A program made the position numbers and the translations under genes. Shown here one piece after another: positions 55,901 through 63,600 of a stretch of 64,000 nucleotides of DNA. Source of the DNA: Oscillospiraceae bacterium (GTDB lineage: Bacteria; Bacteroidota; Bacteroidia; Bacteroidales; WCHB1-69); assembly GCA_963603365.1 (NCBI GenBank), contig CAVCMI010000006.1:82-64081 (forward strand). Direction: 5' to 3'. Within the stretch, counting starts at the first letter, position 1, and each line of letters opens with the position of its first letter. Under the pieces are notes generated by a model. The model searched no databases. It saw only the letters and a program-made list of their open reading frames with translations, and had not been told where the DNA came from.

Positions 55901-58900
55901 GCGACCAATACATTTGGCAGAACGACACCTATACGGAGACGGGCGACTACACCAAGACTTTCCGTACCGTCAATGGCTGCGACAGCGTAGTGACGCTGCA
56001 TTTGACCGTCAACCATCCTGTGACGGAGCAGCTGCAGGCCACCATCTGTTTAGGCGAGACTTACCGGCAGAACGGCTTTTACGTTGCCCCGACGGCAGCC
56101 GGAACAATTGTGGAGCGCCGCCAGCTTTCGTCTCTCGTAACGGGCTGCGACAGCACCGCCGTGCTCACCTTGACGGTCAATCCCTCCTACAACGAGAACA
56201 TCTCGCTGACCATCTGCAACAACGCATTGCCTTACACTTGGCGCGACACCTTGTTTGAAGACAATACCGTGTCGGGCACATATACCTTCAAGCGCCAGAC
56301 CGTCAACGGCTGCGACAGCATTGTCAGACTCTCTCTCTCCATCAGCCATGAGTACCGCGAAACCATCGATGCTCACATTTGCAGCGGAACTGTCTATGAC
56401 GCCAACGGCTTCCAAGAGTCGGAAACAGGCACATACCAGCAACAACTCACGGCCGTCAACGGCTGCGACAGTGTTGTAGTGCTCAACCTTACTGTCCACG
56501 AGCCCGTTGTCACCACATTAAACGCCACAGTCTGCCAGAGCGAACGTTACACCGGAAACGGCTTTGATGTCCTGATCGGCGAGGCGGGCACAACACAGCA
56601 CGAGCGCAACCTCCGTACCGTCAACGGCTGTGACAGTACCGTAATACTCACGCTTACCGTTCACCCGACCTACAGTTTCGCCGAGACTGCCGAGACCTGC
56701 GACAATGTCCCATACGTATGGCGAGGACACAGCAACGTCACCATCCCGACAGTTGCCGGCAAGTATACGCTCTACGACAGACTGACCACGGAAAACGGCT
56801 GCGACAGCATCTACAAGTTGACCCTCACTGTCCATCCGACCTACAGTTTCGCCGAGACTGCCGAGACCTGTGACAATGTCCCATACGTATGGCGAGGACA
56901 CAGCAACGTCACCATCCCGACAGTTGCCGGCACGTATACGCTCTACGACAGGCTGACCGCGGCGAGCGGCTGCGACAGCATCCACAAGTTGACCCTCACC
57001 GTCCATCCGACCTACATTTTTGCAGAGACTGCCGAGACTTGCGACAACGAGCCCTACGTATGGCAAGGACACAGCAACGTCACCATCCCGACAGTTGCCG
57101 GCACTTATACGATCTACGACAGGCTGACCGCGGCGAGCGGCTGCGACAGCATCCACAAGTTGACCCTCACCGTCCATCCGACCTACATTTTTGCAGAGAC
57201 TGCCGAGACTTGCGACAACGAGCCCTACGTATGGCAAGGACACAGCAACGTCACCATCCCGACAGTTGCCGGCACTTATACGATCTACGACAGGCTGACC
57301 GCGGCGAGCGGCTGCGACAGCATCCACAAGTTGACCTTGACCGTGAAGCCGGTGAAATACAAGGATGTTTATGCCGAAATCTGTCATGGTGACATCTACA
57401 CTTTCAACGGAAGGATATATGACGAAACCGGCGACTACAGCGCGACGCTCACCTCTTCTGCAATGTGCGACTCCGTAGTGACGCTGCACCTGACCGTCAA
57501 TCCCGTCTATCACATTGACACGGCCATCTACATCTGTCAGGGGGCGTTGCCGTACGCATTCGACAACGACCACATATTCACGCAAGCCGGCAACTACACC
57601 GTCTCTCTGACCTCGCAAAGCGGATGCGACAGCGTTTATAGCATCGAACTGTTTGTTACCCCTTATGCACGCCTTGCCGAAAGGGCAACGGTGTGTTCTG
57701 ATGAACTGCCGTATTTGTTCAAGGGGCAAAGTTACACGCAGTCGGGGGTTTACGAAATTACCGAGGTGCAAGACAACGGCTGCAACGTGATCACCACTTT
57801 GACCCTCACGGTCAATCCGTCGTACAAACAATACGACACGGTTACCGTTTGCCAGAACAGGATGCCGTACCTTTACGATGCCAACCGCCTCTTGAGCCGT
57901 GCCGGCAACGACACGATTCACTACCGCACCGTAAAGGGTTGCGACAGCACCGTGATTGTGACTTTGTTTGTGCAGTCCAATCCGGTCTCTTCAGACACAC
58001 GCTATGTCTGCGAGAACGAACTCCCGTTGCAGTACGGCGACAGTACCATCTCCGAAGCCGGCAGGTATGAAGTCGTTTTCCGCCGTGCGGATGCTTGCGA
58101 CAGCATCGTCACGCTTAATGTAGCAGTATATCCGACATACAATGCCACGGAGAGCCTTGTCCTATGCCGGAGCGAGCTGCCTTATGCTTGGCGCGACACC
58201 ACCTTCATGGAGGGCACAAGCAGCGGCAACTATGTGTTCCGCCGCACCAGCGTCAACGGCTGCGACAGCATCACCACGCTGGCCTTGACGGTGAACAGCA
58301 CTTACCGCATAGAGGAGACTGTTGAGGTTTGCGAGGGCGAGCCTTTTGTGTGGCAGGGGCATGCCGGCGTGAACATTCCAGCCACCCCAGGCACATATAC
58401 GCTTTATGACAATCTGACCACTGCCGGCGGATGCGACAGCGTTCACGTGTTGAACTTCACCGTTAACCGCGCTTACCATTTCGAGGATACCGCCACCGCG
58501 CGCGAAGACAGGCCGTTTGTTTGGCAGGGACATGCCGGCGTGACCATCCCGACCGTTGAAGGCACTCACGTCGTCTATGACAGGCTGCAGACCGCCGAGG
58601 GTTGCGACAGCGTCTATAAACTCACCCTTACCGTCTTCAGAACGTTCTACCACGAGAGCAGCGTTTCCGTCTGCGAGAACGAACCTTATGTTTGGGAAGG
58701 CCATAGCCGCATACAGATTCCGACCGCCCCGGGCACCTATGTCCTTTATGACAGCCTGCTCACCCGCGACGGCATGGACAGTGTCTATAAACTCACGCTG
58801 ACCGTCAATCCCGTCTACTATGCTGAAATGTCTGATGCAGTCTGCAACAACGAGCCGTACATCTGGCAAGGCCACAGCAATGTGAGAATACCGGAACTCC

Positions 58901-60513
58901 CGGGCAATTACACCCTTTACGACAGTCTGACCACCGCCAGCGGCTGCGACAGCGTGTTCTGTCTCAAGCTTACGGTGTCGCCGGCATACCTTATAAGTGA
59001 GAATGTAACCGTCTGTTCCGTCGAAACACCCTATCTGTGGCACGGAAAGTCTTTGGTTGCCACGGGTGTCTATTACGACAGCTTGACCGCCGCCGGAGGC
59101 TGCGACAGCGTTTATGTGCTCCGTCTCACCGTCAACCCATCCAACACCTACCGCAGCAGCGACATCGAACTTTGTCAGGGTGAAACGGCCACTTGGCGCG
59201 GCCGCACGCTTTCTGAAAGCGGCACATATACTGACACGGTGAGCAACATCTATGGCTGTTTTGATTACTACACGGTGAATGTGCTGGTGCATTCCCCATA
59301 TCACATCGCAACGGCTGACACGGTGTGCAGCAGTGAGCTGCCTTACGTATGGCATAACTATACGATGAACGAGAGCGGAACCCGCACGGTGAACCTGCAG
59401 ACGGCCGACGGCTGCGACAGCATCCTCACCTTCACGCTTACAGTGCTGCCGTCGTACAGCTACACCGAAAACATCACCGTGTGCGCTACCGAAACACCTG
59501 TCGTATGGCACGGCAGAAGCTTCTCCGCTTCGGGCACTTTCTATGACAGCCTGGCTACGGTGAACGGCTGCGACAGTGTCTATCGCCTTAACCTTGTGGT
59601 CAATCCGAACGTTTCGCAGGCAGACACGGCCGTGGTGTGCGACACCCAGCTGCCTTACGTGTGGCGCGGACGCCAGCTGATGGCCTCGGGTGTATATATC
59701 GACACGGTGCCCAACAACTATGGATGCACAGACCGTTATATGCTGAACCTTACGGTGAACCGGAGTGCTGTGACCACCATTATGGATACCATTTGCCAAG
59801 GCGACCGCTACCAGCAGAACGGCTTCGATACGCTGCCGACCCAGTACGGGATGATATATTTGCAGCAGCGCCTGCAGTCGGCACAAGGCTGTGACAGCAC
59901 CGTTAACATAGTCTTGACCGTGAACAGAAACTATGAAATTCCCACGGTGGCTGCCACTTGCGACAATGTGCCTTACGAATGGCGCGGCAGGCATTATGAA
60001 CAGGCCGGCACCTACTACGACACGTTGCAGGCTTCTACGGGTTGCGACAGCGTCTTCGTGCTTATGCTGACACTCAATCCTACCTATGAGGTGTTGGTCG
60101 AGGACTCCGCATTGCGTGAACATGCCTATACCAACTACGGACTTGACTTTACGCCGATGGAAGAGGGCGACTTCGTGTACACCATTCAGTATTACACCGT
60201 TGACGGTTGCGACAGCATTGTCAAGCTCACACTCCATGTGGCTTTCAACTATGGCATTGACGATTTGGACGAGACGGTGCAGTTCAGCATCTACCCGAAC
60301 CCGGCTACGACAAATGTCCACATTGAAGGCAGGTTTATGGAAGAGATTTACCTCTATGACATGAACGGAAAACTGGTGGCCGCCAAACGCGCCGACAGTG
60401 ATACGAACACCGGGATCTATGTCGGGAACCTTCCTGCCGGCTACTACATGCTGCGCATCAGGCTGACAGACGGCAGCACCATTGACAAGAAAGTCATAGT
60501 GCGGACCCGATAG
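49930..60513 (+). CDS. Giant (3527 aa) modular cell-surface protein, T9SS type A cargo
   Basis: Uninterrupted ORF. Signal peptide (ATACAQ), then a PCMD-like N-domain. By my count about 16 Ig-like modules (CGAG...WY...YYV...GCES.R..V.A.V) and about 33 two-Cys modules ending GCDS..(L/V).LTV. C-terminal Por_Secre_tail-like CTD. Confidence 0.85.
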   Translation: MKKFTLSALCLLFVAATACAQGVYQFPNADFEEWTSYDDGNAVPELWHTFNTMQCDLLIGCATAKQNHSNRVTRDGGGYALQIYAKSVWGNIANGAMTTGLTRVGSTTPSSNENYNYDPTGYRWSFHGRPDSISFYARSSGGISGNALFKVFIHDGNTFQDKADGSLSGTSYGSMIYAFHPTSSWGRFVKEVSWTNTTATPQLILGSFSTNEAAGAGSSSDKLDLDALRCIYDKGLASLTIGGVSQEAMLATFNNAEFATHAGLTGNRTNSGAAVATCTQLVCYTSDSDFPQVSATKRSPLATSITVTQATMSDPKATITVTHNDGSTFLYTIYFSAHRQPATPVITTAGNVHACCATDALTLSVSNPSNNAIQWYRFGEPITGQTSNSLNVSFESQTAASQTYEYTCRIDSSGCTATSQVYAVTVDYVTPLSSATVAPASICGAGTVTFAATTTANQVVVWKHNGIVADSAMVNAGSARTFTHTFTENDAAGIYTYECYSKNTAGSNCHSSVRSVEVTLNEIPAAPAVYSDSRCGAGEISLWVSTLDMGDSDIFRWYDSPSGGSPLATANNDGRTFTTTISQTTTFYVERYNMATGCVSARTEVEARVITSVPMPTATVTSVTLCGPDASVELEATPAPQTYILWYADADGQDVVFQGSVMSVYGSDEPSVRTFYAAGHLEGCPSERLAFTVTTNAVPDFPEVVNVGRCGAGEVTLEANGAGTIYWYATRDTDEPIATGETFTTTISQTQAFFVAARSEAGCFSGRSEVYGFVQELPQAPLTTDQSYCGAQTVTLDANSNYELSWFSDEEGTLALNSTEQAVSSTTTFYAFAIDPQTSCRSVAAPLTVTIHPVPGVPATASQVCLAGGRITLTAEPGTNATGCYWYLPTQGTVQGTTYTTRTVGTYSVSSYNEHCESESVQVVVNATPDAPVASGDERCGAGTVMLKVQNPSDAASYLWYAQAQGGEPLYTDSAFTVANLQTTTTYYVAALVNGCESPRTAVTATVNPLPAAPMVSGDMEVCYGQSTILTATLINPSATHCQWLGSPNMVTNTLTLDNIYEDIVVTVAAVDNLTYCESEAVTVTVTMNPTPDEPMVYDDTVCAGSQVVLRAEPTEPEHRVRWYASRNATTVLAEGNELRPEGLNVGTTTFYASEYNTATGCESARVPVYAVVKIMPALPVVADLSYCGTSDAQLSIAGASNDAHRWYADAQGNSLIAEGNSCTIRNVAATTVFYVAANHGGCETARVPVTVTINDIPATPIAQGDTLCSAGQAQLTAVPAQGTVCRWYDIDLINVGNNGDSRSYTTESLEEGTYTYYVTSYNEETGCESQSATVNVLVAAPLSAPFTEADSICGAGTLTLGARPGSDNVECRWYLNEQLVHTGDHLVIENATNTATYFVCRHDMQSGCESQKVAVTAKVFPVFNTSFSETVCDRYTWVNDTYTESGDYTKTFYTVNGCDSVVTLHLTVNNSKTSEFDAVACDRYMWGNDTYTESGDYTKTFQTVNGCDSVVTMHLTVNRSTTAQQTLTLCSNELPVTYHTLAITEAGIYDVHIQNRNGCDSLIRLTVVVNPQPVAPVVSDVAKCGAGQSFTLRASVGENGTVCRWYSTADSRQSAAEGASLELRNVQRDTVVYVSSYNAVTGCESERVPARAVVNAIPAMPVADNQEMCGGGTFAFEVAPATETNVVFRWYPSPNAVMPIAGAGITYAPEVFQTTSYYVESYSTETQCKSDRQEVVAMVRDIPAAPSFEPYEFCGQGSVALNRPESGNYRWYATADAAEPLAGMELNTIGPVSESVTYYLSTYIDYQSIVCESTQRGALQINVYPAYQPRTLYDTVCQGVAYSNYGYSNLYEQSGDYTVTLNRISSHGCDSLVTLQLRVNPAQESRFAETVCDSYVWNGQTYTQTGIYQQTLRTVNGCDSVVTLHLTVNNSKASEFDAVACDRYTWGNNTYTETGDYTKTFYTVNGCDSVVTLHLIVNNSKASEFDAVACDQYIWQNDTYTETGDYTKTFRTVNGCDSVVTLHLTVNHPVTEQLQATICLGETYRQNGFYVAPTAAGTIVERRQLSSLVTGCDSTAVLTLTVNPSYNENISLTICNNALPYTWRDTLFEDNTVSGTYTFKRQTVNGCDSIVRLSLSISHEYRETIDAHICSGTVYDANGFQESETGTYQQQLTAVNGCDSVVVLNLTVHEPVVTTLNATVCQSERYTGNGFDVLIGEAGTTQHERNLRTVNGCDSTVILTLTVHPTYSFAETAETCDNVPYVWRGHSNVTIPTVAGKYTLYDRLTTENGCDSIYKLTLTVHPTYSFAETAETCDNVPYVWRGHSNVTIPTVAGTYTLYDRLTAASGCDSIHKLTLTVHPTYIFAETAETCDNEPYVWQGHSNVTIPTVAGTYTIYDRLTAASGCDSIHKLTLTVHPTYIFAETAETCDNEPYVWQGHSNVTIPTVAGTYTIYDRLTAASGCDSIHKLTLTVKPVKYKDVYAEICHGDIYTFNGRIYDETGDYSATLTSSAMCDSVVTLHLTVNPVYHIDTAIYICQGALPYAFDNDHIFTQAGNYTVSLTSQSGCDSVYSIELFVTPYARLAERATVCSDELPYLFKGQSYTQSGVYEITEVQDNGCNVITTLTLTVNPSYKQYDTVTVCQNRMPYLYDANRLLSRAGNDTIHYRTVKGCDSTVIVTLFVQSNPVSSDTRYVCENELPLQYGDSTISEAGRYEVVFRRADACDSIVTLNVAVYPTYNATESLVLCRSELPYAWRDTTFMEGTSSGNYVFRRTSVNGCDSITTLALTVNSTYRIEETVEVCEGEPFVWQGHAGVNIPATPGTYTLYDNLTTAGGCDSVHVLNFTVNRAYHFEDTATAREDRPFVWQGHAGVTIPTVEGTHVVYDRLQTAEGCDSVYKLTLTVFRTFYHESSVSVCENEPYVWEGHSRIQIPTAPGTYVLYDSLLTRDGMDSVYKLTLTVNPVYYAEMSDAVCNNEPYIWQGHSNVRIPELPGNYTLYDSLTTASGCDSVFCLKLTVSPAYLISENVTVCSVETPYLWHGKSLVATGVYYDSLTAAGGCDSVYVLRLTVNPSNTYRSSDIELCQGETATWRGRTLSESGTYTDTVSNIYGCFDYYTVNVLVHSPYHIATADTVCSSELPYVWHNYTMNESGTRTVNLQTADGCDSILTFTLTVLPSYSYTENITVCATETPVVWHGRSFSASGTFYDSLATVNGCDSVYRLNLVVNPNVSQADTAVVCDTQLPYVWRGRQLMASGVYIDTVPNNYGCTDRYMLNLTVNRSAVTTIMDTICQGDRYQQNGFDTLPTQYGMIYLQQRLQSAQGCDSTVNIVLTVNRNYEIPTVAATCDNVPYEWRGRHYEQAGTYYDTLQASTGCDSVFVLMLTLNPTYEVLVEDSALREHAYTNYGLDFTPMEEGDFVYTIQYYTVDGCDSIVKLTLHVAFNYGIDDLDETVQFSIYPNPATTNVHIEGRFMEEIYLYDMNGKLVAAKRADSDTNTGIYVGNLPAGYYMLRIRLTDGSTIDKKVIVRTR
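54211..54495 (+). repeat. Two about 141-bp two-Cys modules, near-identical to the modules at 55591-56015
   Basis: Translation FSETVCDRYTWVNDTYTESGDYTKTFYTVNGCDSVVTLHLTVNNSKTSEFDAVACDRYMWGNDTYTESGDYTKTFQTVNGCDSVVTMHLTVN. The nucleotide sequence is largely shared with block B. Confidence 0.7.
55591..56015 (+). repeat. Three about 141-bp two-Cys modules (block B of an intragenic segmental repeat)
   Basis: ...NNSKASEFDAVACDRYTWGNNTYTETGDYTKTFYTVNGCDSVVTLHLIVNNSKASEFDAVACDQYIWQNDTYTETGDYTKTFRTVNGCDSVVTLHLTVN. Confidence 0.7.
56650..57333 (+). repeat. Four in-frame tandem 171-bp (57-aa) units; units 3 and 4 are identical
   Basis: The unit 'cat/cac ccg acc tac' anchor recurs at 56662, 56833, 57004 and 57175, exactly 171 nt apart. 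Units 3 (56992-57162) and 4 (57163-57333) read identically, except that the last few nt differ (ctcacc vs ttgacc). Confidence 0.9.
60277..60510 (+). other. Segment encoding a T9SS type A CTD (Por_Secre_tail, TIGR04183-like)
   Basis: VQFSIYPNPATTNVHIEGRF...IYLYDMNGKLV...LPAGYYMLRIRLTDGSTIDKKVIV. Confidence 0.8.
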
Positions 60514-60573
60514 CCATGACACTGTGCAAGGTGACTGACGAACAAATGGAAAATACTGACAAATAATTGATTA

Positions 60574-60607
60574 AGGTTCGATGCAGTGTGCATCGAACCT
60601 TTTTTTG
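60574..60607 (+). terminator. Rho-independent terminator after the giant gene
   Basis: 12-bp perfect stem aggttcgatgca/tgcatcgaacct, 3-nt loop, then a T6 run. Confidence 0.7.
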
Positions 60608-60615
60608 TACCTTTG
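60608..60615 (+). promoter_or_regulatory. Candidate -7 promoter box (TACCTTTG)
   Basis: Matches TAnnTTTG 29 nt upstream of ATG 60644. Confidence 0.3.
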
Positions 60616-60643
60616 CCGGCTTTTTTGATAAAAACGAAACTTG

Positions 60644-63600
60644 ATGAATGAGAAGATCAACGTTGGAATAGACATAGGTTCAACGACTGTAAAAATAGTG
60701 GTTCTGGGCAGTCAGAAAAATGTAGTTTATACCGACTACCGCCGCCACAACATGAACATCCGCGAAACAGTAATGCGGGCAGTTTCTCCGATAGCGGAGC
60801 GTTGCAAGGGAAGCCGTCTCAAGGTTGCCGTCACAGGTTCCGTCGGAATGGGCTATGCCGAATGTTGGGGGATGCCCTTTGTGCAGGAGGTCATTGCAGC
60901 CGCCTCGCTGGTGAAAAGCCGCTTCCCCGAAACCAAGACATTCATTGACATCGGCGGCGAGGACAGCAAGATGATTTTCTTTGAGCAGGGCAGAGTGCCC
61001 GACATCCGAATGAACGGCAACTGCGCCGGCGGCACCGGCGCCTTTATCGACCAGACGGCCACCCTTCTCAACATCGAGCCCTCAGAACTCAACACCTTGG
61101 CGGAGCATGCCGAGACGGTCTATCCGATTGCCTCGCGCTGCGGCGTCTTCTCCAAAACAGACATTCAGAACCTGCTGGCGCGCCATGTCAGCAAAGAGAA
61201 TGTGGCCTTGTCGGTGTTCCATGCCGTGTCGCTTCAGGTCATCGGCACACTTTCAAGAGGACTTGACGTGAAGTCGCCCGTCTTCTTCTGCGGCGGCCCG
61301 TTCGCCTTTCTGCCGATGCTCAAGAAGGTGTTCCTCGAAAACCTGCACCTTTCCGAAGAGGATTGCATAGCGGTGCCTGACGCTAAGGTTGTGCCGGCGT
61401 ATGGCGCAGCGATGATGGCGGAAACGTCTTCAAAAGAGGACTGCTCTCTTGAGGATTTTATCTATAAAATTGAAAACCTTACCATTGACCGAGACACCGC
61501 GCTCAACAACAACAGTCTGCCGCCGCTCTTCAATGACCGGCAGGATTTTGAAGACTGGATGCATAAGAAGCAGAACTTCTTTGTGCCGCGCGTAACGTGG
61601 GAGCAACTCGACGGCAATACCGTTTTTGTAGGGGTGGACTCGGGCTCCACCACCACGAAGCTGGTGGTGCTGGACCGCATGGGGCGCATGCTTTACCGCG
61701 ACTACCGCAACAACCAAGGCGACAGTTTCGGAACATTCCTCAATGCGCTCAAGGGGTTCAGGGATGCCTGCAACGAGCACGGCTTCAAACCGGCCATTGC
61801 CGGCAGCGCCGTCACGGGCTATGGCGAGAACCTCCTCAAAACGGCTTTCGGGCTGCATTACGGCGTAGTGGAGACGATGGCGCACTATATGGGCGCCAGA
61901 AGCGTGTCGCCCGAGGTCTCTTTCATCCTCGACATCGGCGGCCAGGACATGAAGGCCATATTTGTGGAGAACAAGGCCATTCGCCGACTCGAGATCAACG
62001 AGGCCTGCTCCTCGGGCTGCGGCTCTTTCATAGAGACCTTTGCCCGCATGATGGGCTACACCGTCTCGGAGTTTGCGCAGATAGCATGCAAAGCCCGGCA
62101 CCCTTACGACCTCGGCACGCGCTGTACCGTCTTCATGAACTCCAAAGTGAAGCAGGCAATGCGCGAGGGCGCGCACCCCGAAGACATCTCCGCCGGCTTC
62201 GCCTATTCGGTCATCAAGAACTGCCTCTTCAAGGTGCTGAAACTGCGGCAGACCAAAGAACTGGGCGACCATATCGTGGTGCAGGGCGGCACTTTCAAGA
62301 ACCTTGCCGTGGTGAGGGCTCTGGAACTGCTCACCGAGAGGGAGGTGCGTTTCTCCGACATCCCCGAACTGATGGGCGCTTACGGCTGCGCACTCTTTGC
62401 CAAGGAACACCCTGCCGAGCACGTGCTTACGCTCGATGACCTGCTCTCCATACAGCAGTTTGAGACGGAACCGCAAGTGTGCCCGGGCTGCCCCAACCAC
62501 TGCACCGTGCTTTGCTACAAGTTCTCGAACGGACGCAGCTACTATTCCGGCAACAACTGCGAGAAGGTGTTCACCAATGAGACGGAGGTCACCGTCAAGG
62601 GGCGCAACCAGCATCACGAGCGGCTCAAGCTTCTATTCGGCAGGCCTCCCGGAGAACAGGCCAAACTGCGAATCGGCATTCCGCGTGCGCTCGGCATGTT
62701 CGAACTCTATCCGTTTTGGCATACCCTCTTCACAGAGTGCGGCTTCGCAACAGTGCTCTCCGGACCCTCAACCAACAAGCAGTACGAACAAGGACTCCAT
62801 ACAGTGATGTCCGAGAATATATGTTTCCCCGCCAAACTGATGCACGGTCACGTCTTCGACTTGGCAAAGCGCAGCGTTGACCGTATCTTTTATCCGTTCA
62901 TCGTGATGGAGCATCAGGCTGACGCCAGGGTGCGCAACAGTTACAACTGCCCCATCGTGGCAGGATACTCCGATGTGATGAAGAACGCTGTCGACACGGA
63001 GGCGCGCTTCAACATCCCCTTTGACGCTCCGGTCGTTTCTATGAACAACAGTTCGTTTATGCGTCAGAGTTGCCGCGACTATCTCAAGAGTCTTGGCGTT
63101 GACAGACGAACGGCTGACCGGGCGATAGACGCTGCCATGAAAGTGCAGCAGGCCTTTCTTGACACCCAGCACAGCCGCGCAACCGAGATTGTGAAACAGG
63201 CCGAGGCTGACGGCCGGATGACCGTAGTGCTGGCTGGAAGGCCGTACCATTCCGACCCGCTGGTGCAGCACAAGATTTCGGACGTGCTCGCCGACATGGG
63301 CATCGATGTGGTCACCGAGATGGTGGCCGGCGACAATGACGCCGAGGTCTATCGCGAGCTGGACTCCGTGACGCAGTGGACTTATCCTAACCGCATCTTC
63401 AAGGCCGCACACTACGTGGCCAACAGCAACGGCAATGTACATTTTATGATGATTACCTCGTTTGGCTGCGGCCCCGACGCCTTCATCATCGACGAAGTAC
63501 ACGACATCCTCGGCCGGAAAGGCAAGAGTTTGACCTTGCTGAAGGTTGATGACGTGAACAACATCGGCTCTTTGCGCCTCAGGGTACGCTCCATGGTGGA

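Noticed and set aside
56650-57333. Regular 171-bp periodic repeats that could be mistaken for a CRISPR-like or satellite array.
   Set aside because: The units are contiguous with no unique spacers. They are in frame and encode a protein module. No cas genes are present.
49930-60513. Possibility of a diversity-generating retroelement or phase-variable invertible promoter acting on the repeat-rich surface gene.
   Set aside because: There is no reverse transcriptase, template repeat, recombinase or convincing inverted repeat pair flanking the promoter region 49632-49929. Only a trivial 5-bp dyad (gttct...agaac) was seen.
58162-60522. 786-aa antisense ORF inside the giant gene. Similar antisense ORFs lie at 56518-57921, 53923-54594 and 55528-56016.
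   Set aside because: The + strand ORF is uninterrupted for 3527 codons and carries a recognisable signal peptide, modules and CTD. The antisense translations are Gly/Arg/Val/Ala-rich and low in complexity, and they simply mirror the repeat periodicity. They are most likely an artefact of composition and codon bias.
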